A DNA stretch of 60,485 bases, filler included, from 4 parts of 4 records of this genome joined end to end with filler, not necessarily neighbours in it; one strand, 5' to 3'. Positions 36,268 to 47,288 are shown, counted from the first letter of the whole stretch. Program-made: numbers and translations. The notes: generated by a model from the letters alone, not told the origin.

Positions 36268-37653
36268 TCAGCGCAAGCCGGTCGTTGTCATCCCGGTAAA
36301 GAATTCCAGTTGCCAGTTCATGTCATCTTCGCTAAGCGGGTATTGATTGCCGTTGCGTGGATTAAGCGTCTGACTGGGCGGGACGTGGCCCAATTTGACC
36401 TGAATTTTAACGGCAAGGTCGGCAGGTAACCCCGCTTTCCAAGTCAGGGCCACAACCCCTTTGGCCGAATGGGTATTGAGCACCTTTGTCACAGCTTCCG
36501 GGGGAATGCCAGCAAGAACGGAAAGGGCCGCACGGGCGAATTTCACATCATTGGCGGCAAGAGCTTTGGCGACTTCCTTGTCTGTCAGCTTCTTTTTGGC
36601 ATGCATGGCAACTGCTTTGTCATAGGCTGGTTCTTCTTCCTCTTCTCCGGCAGCCGCCGTTGCCGCATCCTTACCATCGGCTTTGCCTTTGGCTGGTTCA
36701 GCCGGTGCGCCTTTTGGGGCTTTCTTCTTGGGCTCTTCGGCGGGTGCTTCGCGTTTTTCGAACTCGCCAGATGCAATTCGGCGCTGGACGACTTCGCGCA
36801 CGGCCTCAAGCTGATCTTTCTTAAGGTCCTTGCGCCGTTCAAGTACGCTGATCAGGTTTTCTGCAACAAACCGGGCAAGTTTACCCGCCGCAGTTGGTGG
36901 CAGTTCCGGGCGCTCGACTAAGGGTTGGTGCCATTCTGGATAATCGGGGGCACGGTCAATCAGTTGATCAAGGGTTTCTTCGCGGATTTGTGCCGAACGG
37001 TTGCCCAAAAGATGCGAAATCGCGTCTTTGTCACTGCTTGCAGCAATGGCGTCGGCCAGTTTTTCTCCGACATTGCGTCGACGCGAGACAAAGCTCAGCG
37101 CGCCGCGACCAGAACTCCCCTCGATGATTTCAAGAAGGTCGTCTTCGCTTAGAACCGGCGAATATTGCAAGACCGGACCACACACGACACTTTCCGCATC
37201 ACGCGCTAGCTGCTGAATGATCGGCTGCGGTGCGTCGGCGATGTCTTTAAGTGTCTGGGAAATAACCTGACGAACATGGACGGCCTGATCGCGCGCCAGT
37301 TTATCAAGTGCCTCATAGGTCATGCGGCGGAGTTTGTCGCTTTCGTTTGGCGTCAGGCCAGCCGAAAGGTGGGCGATTTTTTCGGCAAGGCTGCCACGAA
37401 CGCTGTCATCTGTATCGTCGGTTAGAAAGACGTCAGCTTGTACCGGCGTTGCTTCGTTGGCGGCAATATGCCGACGCACCGAAGAATCGGTGTCGTTGGC
37501 AAGGAAATACAGGATTTCAGGGCGCGTATCATGGCGCTGGGCAAGCGTTCCGCGCACACCGGCATCGGGACTTGCCGCCATTTCCTTGGCTTCGTCGTAG
37601 GTGATGGGGGTTTCGCGTCGCTTGGTAAATACCCGCTGCAAAAATCCCTTCAT
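36268..37653 (-). CDS. DUF2336-domain helical-repeat protein
   Basis: LARD....V..PVLQYSPVLSEDDL, LLGNRSAQI, VALTWKAGL; N-terminal LA.D....VR repeats. Confidence 0.75.
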   Translation of the reverse strand: MKGFLQRVFTKRRETPITYDEAKEMAASPDAGVRGTLAQRHDTRPEILYFLANDTDSSVRRHIAANEATPVQADVFLTDDTDDSVRGSLAEKIAHLSAGLTPNESDKLRRMTYEALDKLARDQAVHVRQVISQTLKDIADAPQPIIQQLARDAESVVCGPVLQYSPVLSEDDLLEIIEGSSGRGALSFVSRRRNVGEKLADAIAASSDKDAISHLLGNRSAQIREETLDQLIDRAPDYPEWHQPLVERPELPPTAAGKLARFVAENLISVLERRKDLKKDQLEAVREVVQRRIASGEFEKREAPAEEPKKKAPKGAPAEPAKGKADGKDAATAAAGEEEEEPAYDKAVAMHAKKKLTDKEVAKALAANDVKFARAALSVLAGIPPEAVTKVLNTHSAKGVVALTWKAGLPADLAVKIQVKLGHVPPSQTLNPRNGNQYPLSEDDMNWQLEFFTGMTTTGLR

Positions 37654-37665
37654 CGGGCATTCCTC

Positions 37666-39390
37666 CTAATCTTCGATCTTAGCCGAATTGGTTGTACCGG
37701 GGGCAGATGCAATGCCAAAGCGGCCCTTGCCGAGTTTTTTAACTTGATACATCGTTTGGTCAGCACGCTGCACAAGGAGTTCCAAATCTTCTTTCGAACC
37801 GGCTTCATGCACGGCAATCCCCACTGATATGCCCAGCGGATGGTCCTTGTCACCGGAATACTTCGAAAGTATGGCGCTTTCTTTCATCAGTGTCTTGGCA
37901 CGATTTGAGGCGGCCGCCACATCAGCACCTTCAAGCCATAAGACAAATTCGTCGCCACCCAGCCGCGCAACCAGATCTGATGGGCGGACATTTTCTTCGA
38001 GCACCTTGGTTAAGGCCAGAATGGCTTCATCACCAACCTGATGGCCGTGGATGTCGTTGACCATTTTGAAGTTGTCCATATCGACATACATCAACGATGC
38101 TGGCTCAAGGTCGCGTTGCAGGCGGCTGTGACGGCGTTTGAGTTCATCAAAGAATGCCCGGCGGTTCAGAAGTCCAGTCATACCATCTGTACGTGACAAG
38201 GTCAGAATGCGTTCATGCTGAATTGCCTGTTCGATGGCGATGCCGATTTGATCAGCAACTTCCGTCATGATCGCACGTTCGCCGTCATTGGGGTCCGGAT
38301 GATTACTATCAAACAGGAAGATGACTGCTCCATTGTTACGCTGGTGATAGTGGCAGGGCAGGGCAAAGACATGCCAGGTGTCAATCTGGGCGTCGAAAAC
38401 TTCGCTCGATTGCTGGAGTTTCGCTAGTGCCTGTCTGGAAATCTCGTTTGCGTCTTTGTTGTCATCACCTGCTGCGATCTCCAGTTCGTTGGTTTCATCA
38501 TTGCGTTTGAAAATAACACAATTTGCGCAGGCCAGTGCGCGTGTGCTGGCCTCCGATGCGCCCTTAAGAACCATCAACGGATCAATTTCATCACGCATGG
38601 TCCGCACGATATAGGTCATCAGTCGATCACGGTTTCGCGCGATTGACACTTCGCTTTCGCGGCGGCGTTGTTCGGTGATGTCATGTGCAAGCCCGCGGGT
38701 GCCGATCCATTTTCCTTCCCGCGAATAAACCGGTGTTGACGATACCGCAAGACAGGCATCATTGCCGTTTGACCGGCGCAACCATACCGGAACATCGCGC
38801 ACGGCCTTCTGGGTGCGGAACACGTGCTCGGCATCCTGATCGGCGATATCAAGAATGAAATGACGTGGAAAGCGGTCGACGATTTCTTCGGCGCGATAGC
38901 CAAGTGCGCCGCGCGGCGAAACAAAGATAAACTTGCCGTTCTCGTCGGTTTCCCAAGCAAATGCGGACGATACTTCGACAATGTCGCGATACCGTTGGCG
39001 CGAATCAATCAGGGCTTCGCGCAGGTTGCGGTCCATGCTGACATCGCGCGGCAGGAGCATCACATGGTTGTTGGTCGTCGGAAGCGCTGTTAACTCAAGT
39101 GTGGCCGTGCCGCGCTGAACTTCAAAGGTCAACATTTCAACCACACCGCCGGGTGTAGTTAACGCGCGGCGGATCAGTTGGTAAATTTCGGGAAACAACC
39201 CGTCGCGAATACCATTGGCAAAACCAACCGCATTCTTATTGGCAAACAATGGAACGCCATGCGCGTCCATGACAATCACTGGTGCTTCGGCATCTGCCAT
39301 GACCTTTGGATCAAGCGCAAAGACTTCTGCGTCGTAACCTGTCAGGTCGTCACTATTATGGTCGATGGGGGCAGGATGACGGGTGTTCAT
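37666..39390 (-). CDS. PAS-GAF-GGDEF diguanylate cyclase
   Basis: PAS (FAWETD..GKFIFVS), GAF-like segment, DGMTGLLNRR, RPSD I-site, intact GGDEF. Confidence 0.92.
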   Translation of the reverse strand: MNTRHPAPIDHNSDDLTGYDAEVFALDPKVMADAEAPVIVMDAHGVPLFANKNAVGFANGIRDGLFPEIYQLIRRALTTPGGVVEMLTFEVQRGTATLELTALPTTNNHVMLLPRDVSMDRNLREALIDSRQRYRDIVEVSSAFAWETDENGKFIFVSPRGALGYRAEEIVDRFPRHFILDIADQDAEHVFRTQKAVRDVPVWLRRSNGNDACLAVSSTPVYSREGKWIGTRGLAHDITEQRRRESEVSIARNRDRLMTYIVRTMRDEIDPLMVLKGASEASTRALACANCVIFKRNDETNELEIAAGDDNKDANEISRQALAKLQQSSEVFDAQIDTWHVFALPCHYHQRNNGAVIFLFDSNHPDPNDGERAIMTEVADQIGIAIEQAIQHERILTLSRTDGMTGLLNRRAFFDELKRRHSRLQRDLEPASLMYVDMDNFKMVNDIHGHQVGDEAILALTKVLEENVRPSDLVARLGGDEFVLWLEGADVAAASNRAKTLMKESAILSKYSGDKDHPLGISVGIAVHEAGSKEDLELLVQRADQTMYQVKKLGKGRFGIASAPGTTNSAKIED

Positions 39391-41264
39391 GATCGTCCTC
39401 CTGAAACTGTTTGACTACGATCTGTATTGCTTGAGCCCATTTCAAGGTCGCTGTTGGTTGGAGTACTGCCAATGGTTACCGGCGGGCCAAGGTAGTACCC
39501 TTGACCATAATCAATCCCAAGCTCGCAGACCATCTCGTAACTGGCCTGATCATGGATCATTTCTGCAATCGTATGAATGCCAAGATCACGGCAAAGAAGG
39601 GCCGTTGCCTTAAGGAATGCGCGGCCTTTGGGGTTGGCAAGCGCTGTACGCATTGCACCGCCGTCAAACTTGATGATGTCGACGTCAAGGGCGCTCAGAT
39701 ATTCAAAATTGGCCGCCCCGGCGCCAAAATCATCAAGGCAAATTTCGTGACCGCGTGCGCGCAGTTTCTGCAGGCCATTGTTCACGTCCTTAAGCCCACG
39801 AATGCGCGATGTTTCGGTTACTTCAAACAGAACATGTTCCGATTTAATATCATACTGATCGAGGAGACTGATCAAATCAGGCAAGAAATCAGCTTGTTCA
39901 AGCGAATGCCCCGAAAGGTTAACCGCCACCGGGTAGGGGATTTTATCAGGGGTGTCACGTACATGGTCGAGAACCTTGCGGCTCATCGCCAGATCAAATT
40001 CTGTAATCAGGCCCGTGCCCTCGGCAAAGTGAATGATCTGATCAACAGCAAGCGGGCTACTGCCATTTGTGAAGCGTGCCAGGGCTTCGAAATGGTGCAT
40101 TTCCTGACTGCCCAAATGAACAATCGGTTGCAGGGCGACAGCAAATGAACCGTTTTCAACGATCTCACGAAAGGCGCGAACGGATTTCAATGTTTCCTGA
40201 ATAAGGTGTGGCAAGCTGGCCGACAGGCGTTCGGCCGATACATCGCTTTGGCTTCGGTGTTGCATACGGTTAAGCGCATAGGCAACCGCACGCGTTAGGT
40301 TGGTTTCACGATCATTGTCACCACCGACAAAGCTTTCTGTGGGGTCAAATTGATGAAAATTTCGCGCACTTTCATAGTCGCTGCCAAACATATCCTTGTT
40401 AGATGATATGGTCTTCTGCTTGCTTGTGACGGTTTCTGCCATGCCGTTGGTCAGAGACAATAACGCATCTGTCGTTTCACCCGTAGTGGCATCACCCAGA
40501 TCAACCCGCAATGCGCTGGCATAGGCAACGATCCTGCGTTCAAGTTCGATCATCGGTTCATCAACCGGGTGGATCCTGTCTGACGGGCTTGTACTGGCCG
40601 ATGCGAACAAGTTCGATGATTGCATGGTGCGCATGCCAATCAAATGGGCTAATTCGCTGGTTGCGGCTGTTTCGGCCTGTGATCGCGATGCAGCCAGATT
40701 TTCAAGCACCACCAGTGCTTCGCTGTGATATTTCGACGATATTTGATCAAGATTTCGAGAAGCCGACAGCGAGTCTGATCCGCGTTTTTGTTCTTGAACC
40801 GCACTTTGCAAGATCAATCGATCAATGCCCGAGCGCGCACGCGGGCGGATGGCCCGGTGGCGTGCTGCAATGTAATATCGGCTAGCTGGATTGGCGATCA
40901 TGTAACCGCTCAGTGACAGCGGCACGATATCCTGTACCGGAGTGCCATCTGCATCGAACAGTTGGAAATCAAGATCAAGCTCTTCGAGCCGTTTTAGGCC
41001 AGACCCGCTGTGCAGGTAAGCCCGCAACAGTGGGCGTTCCGACTTCACAACAAGCTTTTCAAGCGCTTCGCCAATCAGACGATCCGGAGTGCAGCCCAAA
41101 AGGCTTTCAGTGGCACCGGCAACAAACAGTACATATCCGTTTTCATCAACTTCCAGCAGCATGTCTGCCCAGCAAAATGCCATGGCAGCCAAAAGGTCCT
41201 GGTCATTTATTTCCGCTGAATAGCCAACGCTGTCTGTCATTGAGGACCCATCATCAAAAAACAC
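39387..41264 (-). CDS. PAS + EAL c-di-GMP phosphodiesterase
   Basis: QPIV, EALAR, NLS, EVTE, DDFGAG, KFD, AE, QGY all present. Confidence 0.9.
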   Translation of the reverse strand: MFFDDGSSMTDSVGYSAEINDQDLLAAMAFCWADMLLEVDENGYVLFVAGATESLLGCTPDRLIGEALEKLVVKSERPLLRAYLHSGSGLKRLEELDLDFQLFDADGTPVQDIVPLSLSGYMIANPASRYYIAARHRAIRPRARSGIDRLILQSAVQEQKRGSDSLSASRNLDQISSKYHSEALVVLENLAASRSQAETAATSELAHLIGMRTMQSSNLFASASTSPSDRIHPVDEPMIELERRIVAYASALRVDLGDATTGETTDALLSLTNGMAETVTSKQKTISSNKDMFGSDYESARNFHQFDPTESFVGGDNDRETNLTRAVAYALNRMQHRSQSDVSAERLSASLPHLIQETLKSVRAFREIVENGSFAVALQPIVHLGSQEMHHFEALARFTNGSSPLAVDQIIHFAEGTGLITEFDLAMSRKVLDHVRDTPDKIPYPVAVNLSGHSLEQADFLPDLISLLDQYDIKSEHVLFEVTETSRIRGLKDVNNGLQKLRARGHEICLDDFGAGAANFEYLSALDVDIIKFDGGAMRTALANPKGRAFLKATALLCRDLGIHTIAEMIHDQASYEMVCELGIDYGQGYYLGPPVTIGSTPTNSDLEMGSSNTDRSQTVSGGRS

Positions 41265-41552
41265 CTGATCAAACTAGGTGCGATACTACCTGTATATATT
41301 AAATAACAATCCTATAGGGGATATGAAGGATTTGCACATTATTCGCCAAAAAATCAGACAAAAACCCAGAATATCAGAAGTTGCTATGCTCGATTATTGC
41401 CGCTCAGGTTTCTGAACGGGACAATACGTCTAGACTCTCGCGTGTGATCAGTCAGGTCTCGACGTTTGATATGGGGGCTTTGGCAATGGAATACGGTGAA
41501 GGGACGAAGATTTTTATCACTCAGGCAGGACACGCAAATCGTGCTTGGAGGG

Positions 41553-42248
41553 TCAGGCGGCGTTATGATCGGTTTGGGCGGGTTTTTGATTGTTGCGGCC
41601 TGCGTGCTTGTTTTTATACATGTCTTTGTCAGCATCGCTTATCAGGTCGGAAATGTCATTCTTGGTGGTATAGACCGAAAACCCGAAACTGGCCTGAATA
41701 CGAAGTGGCGTACCATGCCAGATCAGCGGGAAGCGTGCCGTTGCCTGTTGAAGTTGTTTAAGGCGTTTTTCTGCGGCATCGGGGTCGCTTCCGGTCATGA
41801 GAATGGCAAACTCGTCGCCACCAAACCGTGCAACAAAATCATCAGCCCGGGTATGAGTTCGCAGGTTTTGACCAAAATGACGCAAGACTGCGTCGCCCGC
41901 CGCGTGGCCGTGCTCGTCATTTACCTGTTTGAAACCATCAAGATCGGCGATCACCATAAGGCCTTTTTCGCCACTGCGCGCCGAGCGGGCAAGAGCTTCG
42001 CGGGTGCGGCGCATAAAGCCGCGACGGTTATACAGGCCGGTGAGTTCGTCGGTTTCGACCATTAGCTCAAGCTGGCGAATGCGGTTTTGCTGCTGGTCCA
42101 GCCGGGCTTGCATGTCACGCGCCAGATCAACCAGAGTCGACAGTGCGTCGCTTTGCTCGGATTCCTCCGTCGCGCGATTGTTAATCGCAGTCTGTTGCTG
42201 AAATTCTTCAGCAAGTTCTGTCAGAAATTCGATTTGCGACTTTTCCAT
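41553..42248 (-). CDS. Coiled-coil + GGDEF diguanylate cyclase
   Basis: TDELTGLYNRR, DLDGFKQVND.HGH, RADD I-site, GGDEF; start uncertain (42248 or 42269 region). Confidence 0.9.
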   Translation of the reverse strand: MEKSQIEFLTELAEEFQQQTAINNRATEESEQSDALSTLVDLARDMQARLDQQQNRIRQLELMVETDELTGLYNRRGFMRRTREALARSARSGEKGLMVIADLDGFKQVNDEHGHAAGDAVLRHFGQNLRTHTRADDFVARFGGDEFAILMTGSDPDAAEKRLKQLQQATARFPLIWHGTPLRIQASFGFSVYTTKNDISDLISDADKDMYKNKHAGRNNQKPAQTDHNAA

Positions 42249-42394
42249 AACCCGTCTGGTAACCCATGACATCAGATTGCGAAACCCGTAAAAGGATGAA
42301 TACCTTTTTACAGCTGGCTGCGTTACAAGAACCTTAACGCGACACGAAAGAGTTTGTGACGAAGAACAATCGTTCACTCACAGGAGATTGAAGA

Positions 42395-42703
42395 ATGAAG
42401 ACCGGTTTAATGGCAGGACTTTCAGGGAAAATTGCGATTCTCACAGTCGCAGTCGCATTGTCGGCCTGTTCATTTATACAAAAGAATAATTTCACCATTA
42501 CCGGTGAAATTACCGATCAGGGGCAAGAATGCGTAACTTTCCGTGCCGATGACGGTACATTGTATGCGTTGGCGAACAAGGCAACGAAATTCCGCCCGGG
42601 CGATAAGGTGCGTGTCACGGGACATGAAGCCTTGATGACAACCTGCACCGAGGCGTCGACGCTTATTGTTGATAAGATCGTTCTGCTTGTGCCTGCGAAA
42701 TAA
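42395..42703 (+). CDS. Small lipoprotein, OB-fold-like (DUF5818-like)
   Basis: Lipobox LSAC; GQEC..FRADDG..YAL, GDKVRVTG, TTC. Confidence 0.65.
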   Translation: MKTGLMAGLSGKIAILTVAVALSACSFIQKNNFTITGEITDQGQECVTFRADDGTLYALANKATKFRPGDKVRVTGHEALMTTCTEASTLIVDKIVLLVPAK

Positions 42704-42727
42704 ATCGGGACTTTGTCCCGCCATCGT

Positions 42728-43483
42728 TTACGGACGGATGGCGAAACAATCGGTGCCGTCAGCAATAAGCTGACGGCATTTTTCGTCGGCGGTTACCTGA
42801 TTGGGAAAGCCCCCCAGACGAAGGCGATGAAAAATGCCTTTGCTTCCCAGGTCCGCCGTGGTGATTTCGCGCGGGTGGAATTGGGCCAAGTCGGGGTATC
42901 GGATACGAAAACTGGCCCAATATGTTTGCGCACTGATGGTGTCGTGAAAGGCGCCAAGTTGTATCTGATACTGGCCCGTTATCCGGCCAAGCGATGCGTT
43001 CTCAACGGATGGTGACGGTGTGGCTGCGACTGTCACAGTTTGCATCGGGGCAGGGCGTTTGACTGCCGGTGTTTTTTGGGGCGCCGAAGAGACTTTTGGT
43101 TTCTTAGGGGCCTGCTTGGTCGCGCGGGGGGCTGTGCCGCTTATTGTTTGATGATATTGCGCTGCTAACGACGGAATTTCTTCAACAAACTCTGCTGAGT
43201 CGATGATTGGAATGGTTCCGGGCAGCAGGCTTACCGGCTGTTTGGGATCGCGCACAGTCGAGGCATGCACAGGAAGGTCTGTTGGAATGGCGTCAATCCC
43301 GCTGATTGGTGCATCATCAGAATTTTGCTGTGCAAGGGCCGCGTGTGGAGTGGCAATAATCATCACAGATAATGAAATTATGCAGGCTTTGCCGAGGTCG
43401 ATAAACCCCCGCCATAAAACCACGCAACGGTTATGCGAAGCGGGCTTCGCATAAGGTGGTCTATGGCGGATGGGTTCTGACAT
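42728..43483 (-). CDS. SPOR-domain peptidoglycan-binding protein
   Basis: TM/signal segment, Pro/Lys-rich linker, YQIQLGAF...HRLRLGGF...C..L...G.DC. Confidence 0.85.
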   Translation of the reverse strand: MSEPIRHRPPYAKPASHNRCVVLWRGFIDLGKACIISLSVMIIATPHAALAQQNSDDAPISGIDAIPTDLPVHASTVRDPKQPVSLLPGTIPIIDSAEFVEEIPSLAAQYHQTISGTAPRATKQAPKKPKVSSAPQKTPAVKRPAPMQTVTVAATPSPSVENASLGRITGQYQIQLGAFHDTISAQTYWASFRIRYPDLAQFHPREITTADLGSKGIFHRLRLGGFPNQVTADEKCRQLIADGTDCFAIRP

Positions 43484-43487
43484 TTTC

Positions 43488-45119
43488 TTAACGCTCTCCC
43501 CGTGGCGGATAGGCATATCTGTCACGCAATATAATGTCATTCTGGCGCAACCGTTCCATGGCTTTGCCGTAAACACTTTCGGACGGATATTGCCCGTCGG
43601 CACGATCCCCCGATGGCATGCCGCTTAGAAGTTCAATCGCATCATTGATGTGTTCAATGGTCCAGATGTTGAATTTTCCCTGACGGATGGCCTGCACTAC
43701 TTCCTCGCGCAGAACAACATTTTCGGCGTTTGGTTGGGGGATGATAACGCCCTGATCGCCGGTAAAGCCCTGATCGGCGCAAATGCGATAGAAACCTTCG
43801 ATCTTATGCGAAATACCGCCAACCGGCTGAGCTTCGCCAAACTGGTTCATCGAGCCAGTTACGCCGATGTTTTGACGCATCGGAATGTTGGCAATCGACG
43901 AAATGATCGCACAAAGCTCGGCCATTGACGCCGAATCGCCCTCGATCCCGCCGTAGTTTTGCTCGAACGTGACGTTACATGCGAACGAAAGTGGGAATTG
44001 CTGAGCAAAGCGTGATTTCAGGAACCCTTCGATTGTCATAACTGACTTTTGCTGAAGCGGACCCGACATATCCACCATGCGTTCAATGTTTAAAACACCA
44101 AGACTTCCGACATAGGAGCGTGCAGACACGCGCGCAGGCAGACCAAAGGCGTGATCGCCATAGTCCAGAACGGTGAGCGCGTTCACTTGACCGGCAACTG
44201 ATCCGTAACTGTCGATCAGGATTTCACGGCGCTGAACCCGTTCATGGGATTTGTCTTCAAGGCGGCTGTTGCGGTGTCGGCGTTCTTCAATGGCGCGGCG
44301 CACGTCGGCTGCACGAATGCTGTCACGGCCATCGGTTTTGGCAAGTGCTCCGGCTTCGGTGCCGACATCTTCCACCCGTTCGATCTGGGCGGTCAGTTTG
44401 TCGCGTTCGCCTGCCCAACGGGCGGCTTGACCAAGAAGTTGGCGAATGGCCCCGTTATCGACCGGAATGCCGGACCGTGACAAGGCGGACTCGCGCAAGA
44501 GCCCGGTATAGATCGATATGTTGCGACCCGCAGCAGGCATATCTGCGTCAATATCGGCCTTGACCCGGAAATGGTTTCGGAAATCGACATCCAGCGAGAA
44601 GAAGCTGTAATAGAATTTCGGGGCGCCAACGATTACGACCTTAAGATCAAGCGGGATCGGGCGCGGCTCTGGTGCACCTGCGGTCGGTGGTCCGCCCTTA
44701 TGGGTTTCTTCAATGCGGATTTCGCGGTCACGAAGGGCTGCCTTGAGGTAGCCCCAGCTGTCTTCATGTTCAAGCAGCGATTCGGCGCGCAAAACCAAAA
44801 CGCCACCATTAGCACGATGCAGCGCACCGGGCTTAATCAGGCTGAAATGCGGGTGCATCCCACCCCCCATTGGGCGATACTGGATTTGCCCGAAAAGGTT
44901 GTCATAGCTTGGGCTTGGTTCCAGCACGACATCGGGGTGGGTGTCGCGTGAATGATCGATTAAAAGATTAACCGCATAGCGATCATCCACGGTTTCGGGG
45001 ATCTTGCCATCGCCACTTTCAATAGCGGGCTGATCGCTTTCTTCTTCAAAGGCATCAATATTATCAAGGATGTCTTTTTCAAGTGCTTCAAACCATGCCT
45101 TCAGGCCGGGGCTTGTGAA
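43488..45119 (-). CDS. Lon-like (LonB/YcbZ-type) protease, 5' truncated at contig end
   Basis: GALHRANGG, GQVNAL, FEQNYGGIEGDSAS (Ser), VGGISHKIEGF (Lys). Confidence 0.9.
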   Translation of the reverse strand, partial: FTSPGLKAWFEALEKDILDNIDAFEEESDQPAIESGDGKIPETVDDRYAVNLLIDHSRDTHPDVVLEPSPSYDNLFGQIQYRPMGGGMHPHFSLIKPGALHRANGGVLVLRAESLLEHEDSWGYLKAALRDREIRIEETHKGGPPTAGAPEPRPIPLDLKVVIVGAPKFYYSFFSLDVDFRNHFRVKADIDADMPAAGRNISIYTGLLRESALSRSGIPVDNGAIRQLLGQAARWAGERDKLTAQIERVEDVGTEAGALAKTDGRDSIRAADVRRAIEERRHRNSRLEDKSHERVQRREILIDSYGSVAGQVNALTVLDYGDHAFGLPARVSARSYVGSLGVLNIERMVDMSGPLQQKSVMTIEGFLKSRFAQQFPLSFACNVTFEQNYGGIEGDSASMAELCAIISSIANIPMRQNIGVTGSMNQFGEAQPVGGISHKIEGFYRICADQGFTGDQGVIIPQPNAENVVLREEVVQAIRQGKFNIWTIEHINDAIELLSGMPSGDRADGQYPSESVYGKAMERLRQNDIILRDRYAYPPRGER

Positions 45120-45120
45120 T

Positions 45121-45220
45121 NNNNNNNNNNNNNNNNNNNNNNNNNNNNNNNNNNNNNNNNNNNNTTAATTAATTAANNNNNNNNNNNNNNNNNNNNNNNN
45201 NNNNNNNNNNNNNNNNNNNN
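45121..45220. other. Artificial contig spacer
   Basis: 44 N + TTAATTAATTAA + 44 N. Confidence 0.99.
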
Positions 45221-45374
45221 TTGTTTTTTTAATTTACTCAAATCCCATAAGTTTAAGTCAGCACTATCTTCTTTGTAGCAATCACGGTAATAACTCAGTA
45301 CGTTTTGCTTACTCACATTTAAATTCCATTTCGATTTACGCGCTATCGTTAAGTTGTGCCAAGGGCTTTAAAAG

Positions 45375-45710
45375 TTAGGCTTTTTTCACAAACTTTGCAG
45401 TGACCATCATTTCGCCTACCCCATCAACTTTACAATCAAGTTGGTGATCTTTTGTGTCTTTGAGCCAGCGGATCACGGCTTTGGTGCCGATTTTTATAAC
45501 TTGTGAACTGCCTTTAATTTTTAAATCTTTGATCACAGTGATTTTATCGCCTTCTGCCAATAAGGTGCCATTAGCATCTTTGACTATAACTGTGTCTTCA
45601 TCACTATCACTTTTAGGGTCCCATTCGTGCGAACACTCAGGGCAAATCAATAAGCTTAGATCTTGATACACATATTCAGATTGGCATTTAGGGCAAGCAG
45701 GCAACGACAT
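45375..45710 (-). CDS. yjdM: Zinc-ribbon protein YjdM/PhnA
   Basis: CPKCQSEY.Y...ICPEC.HEW, KDANG.LL..GD...VIKDLK.KG. Confidence 0.92.
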   Translation of the reverse strand: MSLPACPKCQSEYVYQDLSLLICPECSHEWDPKSDSDEDTVIVKDANGTLLAEGDKITVIKDLKIKGSSQVIKIGTKAVIRWLKDTKDHQLDCKVDGVGEMMVTAKFVKKA

Positions 45711-45866
45711 AATAGCACTCTGTAAAAATCATTCTGCGGCTATGGTAATTGCTCAAGCAAAGTTTGTCTAACTGAATGCACCGATGAGCACGCTGGTGTT
45801 TATTACTTGGAAAATCCCTTTGATTATTCTAGTATCTAGTTGTCCAAGCTAATAATTTGTATATAA

Positions 45867-47228
45867 ATGAAATCATTTCCTTCGTTATATTTTGCCAACC
45901 TTTTCTTAATTATTGGCACCAGCCTACTAACCACCTATTTAGCCCTTTATTTAGGGCAGCATGGTACGTCAACCTTATGGATAGGTTTGATAACCTCATG
46001 TTATTACCTCGGCTTATTATTGGGGGCTAAGCTTGGCTATCACCTTATAAAGTCGGTCGGTCATATTCGAACCTTTACTGCCAGCACTGCCGCTGTAATA
46101 GCGTGTGTAGCAGCGCATGGGGTAAGTGATAACATCTATGTTTGGCTTGGCCTACGACTTTGTGTAGGCCTGGGTATGATGTGCAATTACATGGTGCTGG
46201 AAAGCTGGCTTAACGAACAAGCGGCTCCGGAGTCTCGTGGTAGAGTGTTTTCGTTTTATATGATCACCTCATATTTAGGCACTATTTTAGGCCAATTTGC
46301 TTTAGCTGAATTTCCAGAGTTAGGTTATGCGCCACTGTTTTTAGTTTGTATGGCGCTGGCTATTGGTATTATTCCAATTTCAATCACGCGTAGAATCCAC
46401 CCCAAGCCATTAAAGCCAATACAAGTAAGCCTGTTTGATTACTTTAAAAAAGTGCCACAATCTATGACTGCGGTGCATTTTGCGGGTATTATTAATGGTA
46501 GCTTTTACGGCCTTGCGCCTACTTTTGCAAAGCTATCAGGCTTTAGTTCGTCGGAAATTGCCATTTTTATGTCCGCCACTATTTTAGCCGGTTTATTAGC
46601 CCAATGGCCCATGGGAATGCTATCAGATAGAGTACGTCGCAGTGTGTTATTACGCAGTAATGCAGTTGCTATCTGCGTGGTCAGTCTTGCCTTGTTTTTA
46701 CTGCCTATTTCGCAAACACTCGCCTTTATACTGACATTTGTATTCGGCTTATTTGCTTTTACCTTATACCCGTTATCATCAGCGTTGGCTAACTCCCGTG
46801 TTGAAGATGAAGAGCGCGTTGGCGTATCTTCTGCATTGTTGGTTGCCTTTGGTGCAGGCGCAGCCCTTGGTTCAACCGCAAATGCGCAGATCATGAGTTA
46901 TTTTGGCCATCAAGCGTTATATGCGTCACTTGCTTCATTAACTGTGGTGATGTATTTATTACTTACCTTCATAAACTCAAAGCAAAAAGTAGAGCAACCA
47001 GAGTCGAGTGATTACGTGGTCGGTACGTCTGATGTCACCAATTCACCACTGGCTGCAACCATGGATCCACGGATTGAAGAGACCACCGCTCATGAACAAA
47101 TGCTGGTGGTCGATGACATTGATGATGAATATGAAGAAGATAACGATGCCGCACCGAAAGACAACGCACAAGGTGATCTTTTTAAAGATTTTCCCGAGCA
47201 AGAGCTAGCCAATGAGCTGAAAAAATAG
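45867..47228 (+). CDS. MFS transporter (YcaD-like) with an acidic C-terminal tail
   Basis: About 12 TM; VGHIR, ESWLN....RG, QWPMGMLSDR, LYP. Confidence 0.9.
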   Translation: MKSFPSLYFANLFLIIGTSLLTTYLALYLGQHGTSTLWIGLITSCYYLGLLLGAKLGYHLIKSVGHIRTFTASTAAVIACVAAHGVSDNIYVWLGLRLCVGLGMMCNYMVLESWLNEQAAPESRGRVFSFYMITSYLGTILGQFALAEFPELGYAPLFLVCMALAIGIIPISITRRIHPKPLKPIQVSLFDYFKKVPQSMTAVHFAGIINGSFYGLAPTFAKLSGFSSSEIAIFMSATILAGLLAQWPMGMLSDRVRRSVLLRSNAVAICVVSLALFLLPISQTLAFILTFVFGLFAFTLYPLSSALANSRVEDEERVGVSSALLVAFGAGAALGSTANAQIMSYFGHQALYASLASLTVVMYLLLTFINSKQKVEQPESSDYVVGTSDVTNSPLAATMDPRIEETTAHEQMLVVDDIDDEYEEDNDAAPKDNAQGDLFKDFPEQELANELKK

Positions 47229-47244
47229 CGATGTATTCTGCTCC

Positions 47245-47288
47245 AGTTAAGCAGGTAATAGTTTTTACCTGCTTAACTTATATTTTTT
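47245..47288 (+). terminator. Rho-independent terminator after the MFS gene
   Basis: AGTTAAGCAGGTAA-TAGTTT-TTACCTGCTTAACT followed by a T-rich tract. Confidence 0.7.
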
